IMG/VR virus record: IMGVR_UViG_3300010354_000051
Location: 54,720 to 118,719 of that record
Length of the DNA: 64,000 nucleotides
Direction: 5' to 3' (one strand)
Source of the DNA: a virus
How positions within the stretch are numbered: position 1 is the stretch's first letter; every line of letters starts with the position of its first letter. Both the position numbers and the translations under genes were made by a program. The notes under the pieces were generated by a model that saw only the letters and a program-made list of their open reading frames with translations, was not told the origin of the DNA and ran no database searches. Below are positions 1 through 10,070 of the stretch, in pieces.

Positions 1-2920
1 CATAAGAAGATATTGCGTTTTGCTTAAGATTTATTAAAGTTATAAGGTTGAGGTTAGTTCTTATACTAAAAGTACCGGATAGCCTACAATTCTCTGCACT
101 GAACGAGGTTAGTTTAGTGTAGCCAAGGCGGAACCAGTTCGATATGTCAATTGACGATCTGGTAAAGTACAAAGTTGATGGTAAAGTGCCAGGTATATCC
201 GCACTTATAATAATCTCCGTGCTGGTTACTGACATTACTTTGGCTAATTCTGGGCCAGTCTCACTCGCTCTTACCGAATCATAAACCATCACTTTTTGGT
301 TAAGGGCGGTAGGCCCGGTTAGAGAGTATACGGCATCGTCGGGTGAAGAGGCCGGTACTTTTCTGGTGATTGAGAGACCGGTTAAGGCAGTGCTGGGTTG
401 TCTGCTAAGAACGCAAGCTCCTCTTAGCGATTGGACTCCCCAATCAGACCGGTAAACACTAGGCAAAGAGTTATCTAACTTTACAGAAACTACAGGGGTC
501 TCTGTAACACCTTCGAAAGAGGGCAATAATGCTCCGCCTCCACTCGGATTACAGTTATCTGCAGTTATCCTAGTTATATCTCTAGAGAAATACTGGTTAG
601 ATGTTGTAATGGACAGCGGGCTAATATCATAAAATCCTGACGAGTTTATGGTTATCGCCACATCTTTTCTCTCGGTATCTGGGAAATACCGAGAAGGGAA
701 AGTTGGGAAACGGCCGGTGAAGTTAGATTGCCTGACATCTATCGTATCTAAATAATGTAAGTTAATAAGGTCATTTTTTCTAAACCGGTAAGGGTTTGAA
801 GAGAACCCAAGTGATAGGGTTTTTAAGTTGTGTTGGTTAACTGGGCCTCGGGCCGGAGCAAAAGTCACCGGTAGGAAGAAGTCTACTCCGTTGTCAGTTA
901 CGGGGAGTAGGTTGTCGCAAGCTCCCAAGTCTAATGTAACTAAACTACCAGTTTCAGTTGCCGGATCTGTACCTAAAGACGGAACTTTACCTTCTGTAAA
1001 AGAGCTGCCAAGGGATAGAGTTGTTAACTTAGGTGCTTTTATGGAGGACGATAACAGGTCGAACTTCACCCCTCCTCTTGAGGCCGGTGCTTCAAGTGTG
1101 ACAAGAGAATCCCATTGGCCGTTTTGCAGATTTACAAAAACAGAAGTTCGGGTGAGTGAAATGCTGACCGAGCTGCTTCTCCATGCTGACCAGTCTTCAC
1201 CTACCGGGTTGTTTATGTATCCGGTCGATTCAAAAAGTGAAGCACCGCTTCTTGTAGTGCCTATGTTAAAAGACACTATACGGTATTTTGATATATGGCC
1301 GAAGTTTGTCGGGTCTGTCGAAGTACCTATTTGTGTAATATCTCCTTTGCCGCCTGAGTTATAAATATCGTAACTTATAAGAGACCCGTTATTGTTAATT
1401 TTGGGTAGATTTCCATACAAGAAGCGGGAAAACGGACGGGTCAAGTCTCTATTAGACCATGTCAACACTCTAAGGTTAGGAAATACATCATCGAGTCGTG
1501 GAGAATACCCTTTAAACCTGTCCCCTAGTACCAGCTCTTCCATCGAGCTAAATTGTCTATAATCGACATTAGCTACCCGACCAGACTCATTTAAGACATA
1601 CTTTCTAAACAGTGCGTCAGACCAGTCGTTACCTGCCTCGTTTACAAAAATTCCTTTTCTGGGTACGGTTAGATAGCTGACCGCAGTGCATTGAGGGGTA
1701 GAGGCAGAGGGTAAAAGAGTTGGGTCTCTGTAGTCAAACCAGCCCATAACTCCCGACTTCCAGACATCCCCTGACTTGCTCAAGTCTAGCCTTCTAAGTT
1801 TATTTTTTAAAGTCTTGAGCCAGAGGGGTAGTATAGTCATCGACCCGCCGACCATTGTAAAACTTTCTAGGTTATCATATCCAATCAGGCCCAGGTCTTT
1901 TCTATCCTGAGTCTCCCTTATATCTATACCTGAAAACTCAATAGCTTTTACTTTTACCGGATTGACATAGAGGTAGAGGTATAGGTCATAGATTGTTTGA
2001 TAACCTGTTGCTGTAATGTCAATATTTACCGTGTACTGTAAAGATCCGGAAGCCTGAGCTACGGACACCACAGGGAGAAAGTCGACTGCGGGTGAATTGG
2101 GTCTTTTTTGCAGAGGTTGGATCTGGAACCCGTAGAAATACGGGCTGTTCGAGTCGGTGAAAGTGAACTTAATTGTCCCGGTGGACATTCTGCAAAGCAC
2201 TTTCAGCGGTGTATTTTTAGTCGAAAGTAGCTTGAGCGGAGTACTAGTCCCGGAGTTGTTGTCGATGTACATGTCCAGAGAATGGCTAGGACTTTCCACT
2301 ATCTCCGGACGCGGCAATACACTGTTTAGAGGTAGAAAGATTCTATTTACATGAGATCTTCTGCGAACTCTAACACTTCCAGCATAACTTGCATTCTTAA
2401 AATAGCCCAGGTTGACCGGATCTCCTTCCGAGTTAAACAGGCTGTTTCTAGAGGTCGATACCGCTACTAGTTTTCTAACCGGGTTGCTAAATATCGTGTC
2501 CCCTATAGTATTAGTCAGATACTGAGCACCTTCGCACTGAATGGACCCATTGAAAATAATGACGTTTGGGTAGTTTACATACGGAGAACCTTCGCCGCCT
2601 AGTGGCAGAGACGGGGAATAATAATCCTTTGAATCGTATAAACTAGTCGGAATCTGATACACATATATTTCACTTAACTGCTGAAGAGCGGGTAGCAGAG
2701 TTTTTTCTAACCCAGAACAGAATCGAAAATCCTCTCTATCACTTAACTGCCCACTAAGACCGTACAGCGAGTCCAGAACCTCCGGGCTCAGCCCCATATT
2801 CCTAAGTGCTGTCCTTTTGTCCGACTCAAAAATCTCTGACAGGTTCTGGAACCCGTCTGAAACCAGTCCAATATCCGGACGAGCTGCTTCTCTAAAAGTA
2901 AAAAAGGACTGTTCGGCCAT
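1..2920 (-). CDS. Large leucine-rich-repeat virion/tail protein (partial; runs off the left edge; missed by the ORF track)
   Basis: Manually translated from ATG at 2920 (MAEQSFFTFREAARPDIG...), open for 973 codons to base 2. LRR-like units include LRRLDLSKS, LTTLSLGSSFTEGKVP, LDTIDVRQSNFTGRFP and LTSFSAENCRLSG. A late-motif variant lies at 2939-2947. Confidence 0.8.
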   Translation of the reverse strand, partial: MAEQSFFTFREAARPDIGLVSDGFQNLSEIFESDKRTALRNMGLSPEVLDSLYGLSGQLSDREDFRFCSGLEKTLLPALQQLSEIYVYQIPTSLYDSKDYYSPSLPLGGEGSPYVNYPNVIIFNGSIQCEGAQYLTNTIGDTIFSNPVRKLVAVSTSRNSLFNSEGDPVNLGYFKNASYAGSVRVRRRSHVNRIFLPLNSVLPRPEIVESPSHSLDMYIDNNSGTSTPLKLLSTKNTPLKVLCRMSTGTIKFTFTDSNSPYFYGFQIQPLQKRPNSPAVDFLPVVSVAQASGSLQYTVNIDITATGYQTIYDLYLYLYVNPVKVKAIEFSGIDIRETQDRKDLGLIGYDNLESFTMVGGSMTILPLWLKTLKNKLRRLDLSKSGDVWKSGVMGWFDYRDPTLLPSASTPQCTAVSYLTVPRKGIFVNEAGNDWSDALFRKYVLNESGRVANVDYRQFSSMEELVLGDRFKGYSPRLDDVFPNLRVLTWSNRDLTRPFSRFLYGNLPKINNNGSLISYDIYNSGGKGDITQIGTSTDPTNFGHISKYRIVSFNIGTTRSGASLFESTGYINNPVGEDWSAWRSSSVSISLTRTSVFVNLQNGQWDSLVTLEAPASRGGVKFDLLSSSIKAPKLTTLSLGSSFTEGKVPSLGTDPATETGSLVTLDLGACDNLLPVTDNGVDFFLPVTFAPARGPVNQHNLKTLSLGFSSNPYRFRKNDLINLHYLDTIDVRQSNFTGRFPTFPSRYFPDTERKDVAITINSSGFYDISPLSITTSNQYFSRDITRITADNCNPSGGGALLPSFEGVTETPVVSVKLDNSLPSVYRSDWGVQSLRGACVLSRQPSTALTGLSITRKVPASSPDDAVYSLTGPTALNQKVMVYDSVRASETGPELAKVMSVTSTEIIISADIPGTLPSTLYFTRSSIDISNWFRLGYTKLTSFSAENCRLSGTFSIRTNLNLITLINLKQNAISSY

Positions 2921-2954
2921 GAGCAACGAATCTATATAGCTTTTAACGCTCTGA

Positions 2955-5900
2955 TTACTGTTCTGTGTAATTCAGTGAGAGGTAGATCTCATTGTCTGAC
3001 CCGGAATGGTTAGTTAAAGATCGAGCTATGAAGAATGTCGCCAGATTGCCCTCGTCATCATTTATGATGCTCTCTGCAGAGATGTTAAAAATATCTTGTA
3101 AGTTGATTTCGGTAGAGGTATTGGCTGAGACGTAGTAGGTGGCTAGAGAGTCTCCTGAATCAGAAGTCAGCCAACGAATCGGGTACTCAGAAGGGGTGAA
3201 TATGCCAGCCGAATTGGCTCCGCCCGAAGTTAAAAAACTTCCACATTTTTTAGGGGAGTTGTGGATAGATTTGCGCGTGTTCAGGCTGTCCTCTTGCGGG
3301 TCTATAGTAGGGGCGGTAGACAGACCGAATTTGTCCTGGGCTGTGTAAGTTCGGATTGCTTTTACCACGCCATCTGTTTCAGGAACAGAGGCCCATTCAC
3401 CGTGAGAATCAACACCGGTATCGGAGATAGACAGCGTGCAGCGGTGGGGGGTAAACGGCTCTACTTTTATCCCTTCTGAGGTCTTTTGACCGATCCAAAC
3501 CCCGCCCAGACTAGCTCCTTGCCTACCCTGCAGAAACACTCGGACAAAGGGCAATGAGCCCGGAGCTATCTTTGATGTAATGATGCTGGTGACATTCAGA
3601 TCTCTATTTATGTGACCTATGTATATTGTTCGGTAAGACACACTGACTAGTGAACTGGTGGTTATGTTTGCCGGTAATGTGGTTCCTATGGGCAGTAAGA
3701 ATTGGGTGACATCTCCCACCACTCTAACAACACCACCAGTAGTTGTGACATTGCGTACAAATGAGCCCTGGGTTATAGTAACCACATAAGTTTGTGACCC
3801 GAGGTTGGGCCAGGGTGTCGCATTATCACTCAGGTAGTAGGTTGTTACAGAGGTGGCCGGATTGACTTCGGAAATAATGCTGATGTTGTCCCTGATTTCC
3901 CTACCTGCTCTGCAATACAATCCTCTGCAAGTACCTCCATCCACACCAGGAACTGATGGATAGGTTCTATCCAGCTCCGTGTCAAAATTATACCCGGAAA
4001 GCTCTCTAGTCTCGAAATTGAAAGTGTTGCGCAGTAGGTATATAGAAGTCTCGTAGTAAATTGAGTTATTGCTGTAGTCGAAGGCGAAGTCATAAGGTAA
4101 GCCCTCGTAGTAAGTTGACTGCTGGTCGTAAGTTGGTGAACTTTCAATTCCCCAGCTATTGGACAGGGTAGTAGCATACAGCGGGCTGGATACGTCTGTA
4201 CTCGGCCAAGCCAAACCAATCCTCAGCGATGAAGAGTGAGCTGGTACGACAGTAGTATCCATGTCACCCCCGGTCCAGAAAATATAAAACTCACTACTAA
4301 CCACATCTATCGTACTGAGCAAGATTTGATCTCGTCTGAAATAGTCAAATTCTATATCGTAACCGTCAGAGTAGTTGTCAACTAAGGGGAAAGTGAACGG
4401 CAGATAGACTCCATCCGGGCTGGGTAGTTGCTTACTGCTGGACAAATTTAATATCCCGCTTTTATCTCTGGTCAGTTTAACAGTTACGTTGTCTTGGCCG
4501 AAATCTTTTTGATTATCAGCACACAAGACAAACATATCTTTGCCCAGCGCTCTGACGGACTGCCCGCCTATACTCGTCCAGTTATTACTATCAAACGGGC
4601 TCCTGAAATTACCAGCGGAAGGACCGTTGTAAGTAGCTATTGCCGTATGAGTTCTGCCGTCATCGGATGCAATACCTAGTTCGGGATAGTCCAAGGTATA
4701 AAACGGAGTGATTGCAAACTTACCCCTCATACGTCTTTCTTCGGGCAAAGCATCCCAAATATACCCTTCCTGGTGAGAGAAAGCCCACTCCGGACAACCT
4801 CTTTGCCGAACGATTTTAATCTCACAGTCCTGTTGGCTCCTGACCATGAGCTTGTCGGGGAAAATCTCCTTCTTATTGAAGAACTGGTTTCCAAACCGGT
4901 TAATAATGTATTGCTTGGGTTTTATACCCAATACGGTAACCCAGTCAATAGCGTTTATGTTGGTTTTTATTTCGCTAAACTCAGGGCTGGGCAAATAACG
5001 AACACGAGACTGAGCATTTAAACTATATAAAGTCCCCTTGTCATAGCCGTCGATGTAGTAAGACGCACCGTACTTAGACAGGTTTTGATTTACCCTGATC
5101 GTGGATGAATCACTTACCTTCAGTCGATATTTGAAGTAGAAGAAGGGGTCGGCTAGACACGGTCTGCCTAATTGGTTCTCTATAACCAAAGTGTGCATAG
5201 TTACCCATCTACAATCTCCGCTTCCAGTGGGCACATACGCATAGAATCTCGCCCCGATAGCACCGTACCAGCCGAATTCAATCTTGTACATGGTAACCGT
5301 ATCCGGGTTCAGGAAATAACCACTTTTCCCCTCTCCACTAAGGGGATCACCGTTCATATACTTTTGCTCGATTACAGTCTCGTACTGAGTCAGACCGTTT
5401 ACCGTCACAGCCTTGGTATTAGCCGCATAGTTTGCATTAGCTAAGAACTCTGTACTTTCCAGGGGCACGGTAGACCGTCTGACGATAGAGAACAGTGAAC
5501 CGTTTGTCAGCCTGAACATGTAAGAATCGGTAAGATTCTCCACACCGAATTCGAGCACAGTTCCTGGCCCAGCCCCTATCTCACTAACCTTTACGCCATA
5601 AGTAAATCCGCTTATGCGCCCTGGCTGGTATCTAAAAGCCCTGATTGATTTTATAGTCACCTCACTGCTTATACCCTCTATCCCGCCTATTTTGTTGTTG
5701 TTAGTAGGCAGGTTGATTTGCTGACCGAAGGCTTGAGAAGGCCAGAAGTTGGTGAATGTGTTGTTGATTTTGTCCGGGACTAGGGGGGTGTCCAGAACAA
5801 AATACGGTAGTTTCAGGTCTTTCTCTACCTGGGTTATGGTAGACTCGTTGGCATGGACGGTAAATTCCCAATCCTTTAGATCAGATCTAATTTGAGACCA

Positions 5901-6983
5901 TCTCAGGCCGTGATAAGACGACCACAGATCTGGTGTCGGGTTTGTCTTAATCTTAAAATGACCTGTGTTCTCTGCTAAGTTTTCAGGAAAATACGTCCGG
6001 GTCGTGCTGAAAAAGAAACTGTCCCAGGATACATTGAGATCGACAGGCAGTTTGTTGGTGGACTGGTTGATAATTACTGTACTGCTGCCCCAGAGGGCTG
6101 GATTAGCTCTCCAGTTAGGTATAGTAACGTTTTTGAAGTTATAAGCTCTGCCGCTGGGTATAATGGGGTAGTCCTCGGACGATCTACCAAAACGTGACTG
6201 TTTAATGTCTAGCCAAATACTATCCCAGTAGACCCGATTGAAGACTTTTGTACCATTAGGCCCTGGTATAGTCGGGTATTTAGCCAGCAGCGGGATTAGA
6301 TTGTAGTTCAGTAGCTGCTTCTGGTCAAAGTTATTTACCATATACTCGATTAAGTACATGGCTACCAGAGTGTTTAAATACTGACCCCAGTCGTTATTAG
6401 ACAGGTCTGTAGTAGATCCAGTTAGCTGATCTTGAAGAGCAGGTCTGGTCGGCTCTAGAAAAGGTGTCGGGTATGTCAGAATAACAAGGGCGGAATTTTT
6501 CTCGTCCTCAGTGTACTTTTCAGGGAAGTAGTTGCCACCAGCCGCAGGCCTTCTAGTCCACCATAAATTTGCTCGGTCGTCACGCCCAAAAAATTCAATC
6601 TTCCAATCCTTAGAGTCTAAGCCGTAAGAAGAAACATTACTGAACAAGCTTTGCTGGGTAGTCCGTCTGTCGATACCTAGCAAAGACCGGGACGTTTCAG
6701 ACTGCTCAGGAAACTGCTCGACTATAGGTAGAGCAGCCGGGCTACCTTTACTGAAAACGTTTAAGGTGCTTTTTGCTGTGAGCAGATACGATTCGGGGTC
6801 GACTGTAACACTCAAAGCGGATTTTGAAGAGTATTCGGACGACAAGTACGAATCTTTTTCCGTCACCAGAGGCGAACCTTGCTCGGTGGACAGGGGGAAA
6901 CCCTTAACGTCCACCATCTGCTCTGTAACCTTAGTTGTTCTCGGAGATACTTTCTCCGCCCTTAGACTCTTATCGCTGGACAT
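2955..6983 (-). CDS. Large virion structural protein (RYQPG / KIEFxWYGA family), paralog of the 6987-10043 protein
   Basis: 1342 aa, beta-rich and S/T-rich; motifs FRYQPGRISG and TMYKIEFGWYGAIGARFYAYVP; structural gene neighbourhood. Confidence 0.65.
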   Translation of the reverse strand: MSSDKSLRAEKVSPRTTKVTEQMVDVKGFPLSTEQGSPLVTEKDSYLSSEYSSKSALSVTVDPESYLLTAKSTLNVFSKGSPAALPIVEQFPEQSETSRSLLGIDRRTTQQSLFSNVSSYGLDSKDWKIEFFGRDDRANLWWTRRPAAGGNYFPEKYTEDEKNSALVILTYPTPFLEPTRPALQDQLTGSTTDLSNNDWGQYLNTLVAMYLIEYMVNNFDQKQLLNYNLIPLLAKYPTIPGPNGTKVFNRVYWDSIWLDIKQSRFGRSSEDYPIIPSGRAYNFKNVTIPNWRANPALWGSSTVIINQSTNKLPVDLNVSWDSFFFSTTRTYFPENLAENTGHFKIKTNPTPDLWSSYHGLRWSQIRSDLKDWEFTVHANESTITQVEKDLKLPYFVLDTPLVPDKINNTFTNFWPSQAFGQQINLPTNNNKIGGIEGISSEVTIKSIRAFRYQPGRISGFTYGVKVSEIGAGPGTVLEFGVENLTDSYMFRLTNGSLFSIVRRSTVPLESTEFLANANYAANTKAVTVNGLTQYETVIEQKYMNGDPLSGEGKSGYFLNPDTVTMYKIEFGWYGAIGARFYAYVPTGSGDCRWVTMHTLVIENQLGRPCLADPFFYFKYRLKVSDSSTIRVNQNLSKYGASYYIDGYDKGTLYSLNAQSRVRYLPSPEFSEIKTNINAIDWVTVLGIKPKQYIINRFGNQFFNKKEIFPDKLMVRSQQDCEIKIVRQRGCPEWAFSHQEGYIWDALPEERRMRGKFAITPFYTLDYPELGIASDDGRTHTAIATYNGPSAGNFRSPFDSNNWTSIGGQSVRALGKDMFVLCADNQKDFGQDNVTVKLTRDKSGILNLSSSKQLPSPDGVYLPFTFPLVDNYSDGYDIEFDYFRRDQILLSTIDVVSSEFYIFWTGGDMDTTVVPAHSSSLRIGLAWPSTDVSSPLYATTLSNSWGIESSPTYDQQSTYYEGLPYDFAFDYSNNSIYYETSIYLLRNTFNFETRELSGYNFDTELDRTYPSVPGVDGGTCRGLYCRAGREIRDNISIISEVNPATSVTTYYLSDNATPWPNLGSQTYVVTITQGSFVRNVTTTGGVVRVVGDVTQFLLPIGTTLPANITTSSLVSVSYRTIYIGHINRDLNVTSIITSKIAPGSLPFVRVFLQGRQGASLGGVWIGQKTSEGIKVEPFTPHRCTLSISDTGVDSHGEWASVPETDGVVKAIRTYTAQDKFGLSTAPTIDPQEDSLNTRKSIHNSPKKCGSFLTSGGANSAGIFTPSEYPIRWLTSDSGDSLATYYVSANTSTEINLQDIFNISAESIINDDEGNLATFFIARSLTNHSGSDNEIYLSLNYTEQ

Positions 6984-6986
6984 GGA

Positions 6987-9900
6987 TCACTGCTCCTCCC
7001 AGGTTAGGGAATTTACAACAGAGAGCTGAGACGAAGGTTGGATAGTGGAAGATGTAGACTCCCACATTGCGTATACACAAAGTATATCTACCTCGTTTGT
7101 TAGCGGGTAGGAAATATACTCTTTGTTGTAGGAGAAGTAATCAGTCAGGTCAAATTGAGAACCTCCGTTGTTGCAGTACAGGGAGAAGATAGTATTGCCC
7201 GTATTGGCCACTGGAGACAGCCTGAAGTCCTGAGAAACCGAAGCCCCGGATAGCTGAGCTACGGATTCAAAACTACCTACTCGATCAGACTCGTTCCACT
7301 TTTTCTGGTCCTCGTACTGGCTATGGGTAAACTGACCAGTGAATAGGGTTGACAGACCGGCATTACTAAATGTGTACATTCTGACCGGCATTAGGTTACC
7401 ATACACATTATATGGTTCTACTTGAGGTTGGTAGTTTTGGATGTAGATCTTAGTGCCTTTTTTGAAGAATCTGACCAGAGCGGGGACTTCTAGTGCATCG
7501 GGGACAGAACCAAACCCGCCCGAAGGGACGGATTTTGTAGGTAGACTTCTCATATAGCAGAAGAAGTAAGACCCGGAGTTCGGCAACAAAGCACTTAGCG
7601 AGGCGTAGTTGCCACTGGTGATGTTAGTTCCGGAGACAATTTCTTTCGGAGCTGTCCCCGAACCGAGATTGAACCCTAGCCCTTGGTTAGAGCTGAGGGT
7701 GTAGATAGGATAGGAGTAGGTCTGGGACAGAGTACTATTGTCTAGGTTATTAGTAATAAGCAGAGGATTTTTAATGAAGTTTATGGTAAGGATATTGCTA
7801 TATGATGTCGAATCTACCACGCCGATGCCAAACTTAATCGGATATAGCTGGATCCGGTTTCTGATCGGGGTGCCGGAAGAATTGCTTACTTCGTCTTTAG
7901 CCCTGAGAGACATTACCGACCTTTGTTTCCTGGGAACAATCAGGTCTATAGAATCGCCATTAGAAAAGCCGCTAATCGCCCCGTTGAAGTACAGCCGGAT
8001 TTTGTCCGTACTTTCATTCTCGGCCCAGATAACTTTTAGTGTAACGTTATTCTTCAAATAAGACCCAATAAGTAGATCTTTCTCGGCCTGAGTAATGCCA
8101 CTGGAAGTGGAAATGCAGAAGTAGTTGGACAAAAGCGGAGTTGTTACAGTGGTTTTTATACCACTGAAAGCCACATTCTTTGAATAGTCTGAAGACTTGG
8201 ACAGCAGTTTAACCGTGCCTTTATCCCCACCATCAATATAATAAGATGCACCGTACTTAACCAGAATACTCTTCTGGCTAGGCAAACCGTTACTCAGGCC
8301 GGAGTGAGTTAGATAAGTAATTGGCAGTGTAGCATTACCCAACGAGGCCACATCGTGCTGGTTAGAAGATCGCATGTGGTGTACTCTGACCCACCTCGCT
8401 TCTCCACTAGATACAGGGACATAACAAAGGAATAACGCACCTACCGCACCATACCAGCTAAACTCGATCTTCCACATTGTCACTTTAGAAAAGTCAATGT
8501 TATAGACAGAAGTATCGGTCAGAACTTGGTTGTCGATTGTTACCGGATCTCCAGGTCTCTTAATGCCAGTATCTGCCGGGTCTACGTTTGCAGTGGATAC
8601 GTCGCTCCAGCGTAGAGTGTTTACTTCACCATTGAGCTGGTCGCCGCTGAACATAGCACGAACCGGACGCCACTCGTACACCATTCTGTACTGCGGAGGG
8701 ACGCAGATCTTGAACCACTCCTTCAAGGTGATGTTTTTTACGCCAGGAGTGGTGCTGGAGGGGTTATAAGCTACGGTTCGGTGGGCGGTTGGGAAAGCAG
8801 CATTATACTGAGCGCTGGTAACTTGGCTACTACCCTGGACCGATACTAGCAAGTTCCAAACTTTCACTCCACTATAAGTTTCACTAGGAGAGCTGTCATA
8901 ACCAAATCTGGAATTAGTATCGTCTACATCCAGAATTGTCAGATCGCTGCTGGTAACCACATTGATTTCCGAACTGAAGCCCGTTCCGCCGCCTCTGCTT
9001 AAGTTGGTCACAAGATGCTCCCATTTACAGTGAGCATCAAGTCTAATATATTCAGATTCGGGCTTGAGGAAAGAGTCGTTGGCTTTCCAAGTATTATAAT
9101 CGCTTAGGTTATAGGTTTCCTTTTGATCGAAAGGGAATTCGTATTGGCGATTCAGCAAGTGCTCTATCGAGTTGCCAGCAGAGTCTATATAAGCTAGTCT
9201 TACAGCATAGCCCTCATTAAAGGTATACTCTGACAAAGTGCTTGGAGACGCTTCTATATTCCGCACGTCATCAGGGCTGTAACAAAGGCTTGGATCGTAA
9301 ATTGCTGCAGCGACATAGCACAAGCCATTTCTATAAATTACCGGGTCTACACCTACCACGCCCCAGTTACCCTCTTTGATGTTGCTAACCCCGGCTGCAG
9401 TATCCCCAGTAACCGCATTCCATCTTTCCGGAGTGGCTTCAATACCGCTGGGTTGACTAGGAATCAGGGCCTGGGTACGTCTGACACAGTGGAAGTCATT
9501 CTTGTCCCCGCTATTAAAAATTTCAAAGTAATACCCGTCATACTTATCAAATATGCCCCACTTTTTGATAGTAGGAGCGCCTTTCATTATATTTCTGCTA
9601 GGTGTAGTATTTGAATAAGTTGAGCGGGTTTTATTCATCTTCACACCCATGGTAGAGGCTGATACTCTACCAGGCTGATAGCGGAAGAATCTCTTAGAGG
9701 TTAAGATGGCAGTTCTGCCACTCGACGCTACTATCTCAGCTCCGGCTTCTTGAGGGATATGGTTTACCCCGGTGCCCGTGGTAGGGTCATTCTCAATCGG
9801 GAATTGGGACCATTCGGACGGGTTTACATCATAAGTATTTACGTCAGCAAAAATACCCAGAGCTACTTCAGCTCGGGGTATACCCAATAGAGACAGAGCA

Positions 9901-10043
9901 ACTTCAGACTGAATCTTATTCTGTTCTTCTACAGGTAACGGAGCCTGATCTTCTGCGAATACAACAGGCAAAGAGTTTTGGGCCTTTTGCTGACCAAGAG
10001 GTACAGCAGCAGTTTTACCGATTATGGTCTGTCTGTTAGCCAT
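6987..10043 (-). CDS. Large virion structural protein (RYQPG / KIEFxWYGA family)
   Basis: 1018 aa; motifs FRYQPGRVSA and TMWKIEFSWYGAVGALFLCYVP, shared with the adjacent gene. Confidence 0.65.
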   Translation of the reverse strand: MANRQTIIGKTAAVPLGQQKAQNSLPVVFAEDQAPLPVEEQNKIQSEVALSLLGIPRAEVALGIFADVNTYDVNPSEWSQFPIENDPTTGTGVNHIPQEAGAEIVASSGRTAILTSKRFFRYQPGRVSASTMGVKMNKTRSTYSNTTPSRNIMKGAPTIKKWGIFDKYDGYYFEIFNSGDKNDFHCVRRTQALIPSQPSGIEATPERWNAVTGDTAAGVSNIKEGNWGVVGVDPVIYRNGLCYVAAAIYDPSLCYSPDDVRNIEASPSTLSEYTFNEGYAVRLAYIDSAGNSIEHLLNRQYEFPFDQKETYNLSDYNTWKANDSFLKPESEYIRLDAHCKWEHLVTNLSRGGGTGFSSEINVVTSSDLTILDVDDTNSRFGYDSSPSETYSGVKVWNLLVSVQGSSQVTSAQYNAAFPTAHRTVAYNPSSTTPGVKNITLKEWFKICVPPQYRMVYEWRPVRAMFSGDQLNGEVNTLRWSDVSTANVDPADTGIKRPGDPVTIDNQVLTDTSVYNIDFSKVTMWKIEFSWYGAVGALFLCYVPVSSGEARWVRVHHMRSSNQHDVASLGNATLPITYLTHSGLSNGLPSQKSILVKYGASYYIDGGDKGTVKLLSKSSDYSKNVAFSGIKTTVTTPLLSNYFCISTSSGITQAEKDLLIGSYLKNNVTLKVIWAENESTDKIRLYFNGAISGFSNGDSIDLIVPRKQRSVMSLRAKDEVSNSSGTPIRNRIQLYPIKFGIGVVDSTSYSNILTINFIKNPLLITNNLDNSTLSQTYSYPIYTLSSNQGLGFNLGSGTAPKEIVSGTNITSGNYASLSALLPNSGSYFFCYMRSLPTKSVPSGGFGSVPDALEVPALVRFFKKGTKIYIQNYQPQVEPYNVYGNLMPVRMYTFSNAGLSTLFTGQFTHSQYEDQKKWNESDRVGSFESVAQLSGASVSQDFRLSPVANTGNTIFSLYCNNGGSQFDLTDYFSYNKEYISYPLTNEVDILCVYAMWESTSSTIQPSSQLSVVNSLTWEEQ

Positions 10044-10070
10044 GGAAGATTAGTTAGCTAGGGTAGAAGT

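Noticed and set aside
828-1364. Plus-strand 178-aa ORF
   Set aside because: Antisense shadow of the long minus-strand LRR gene
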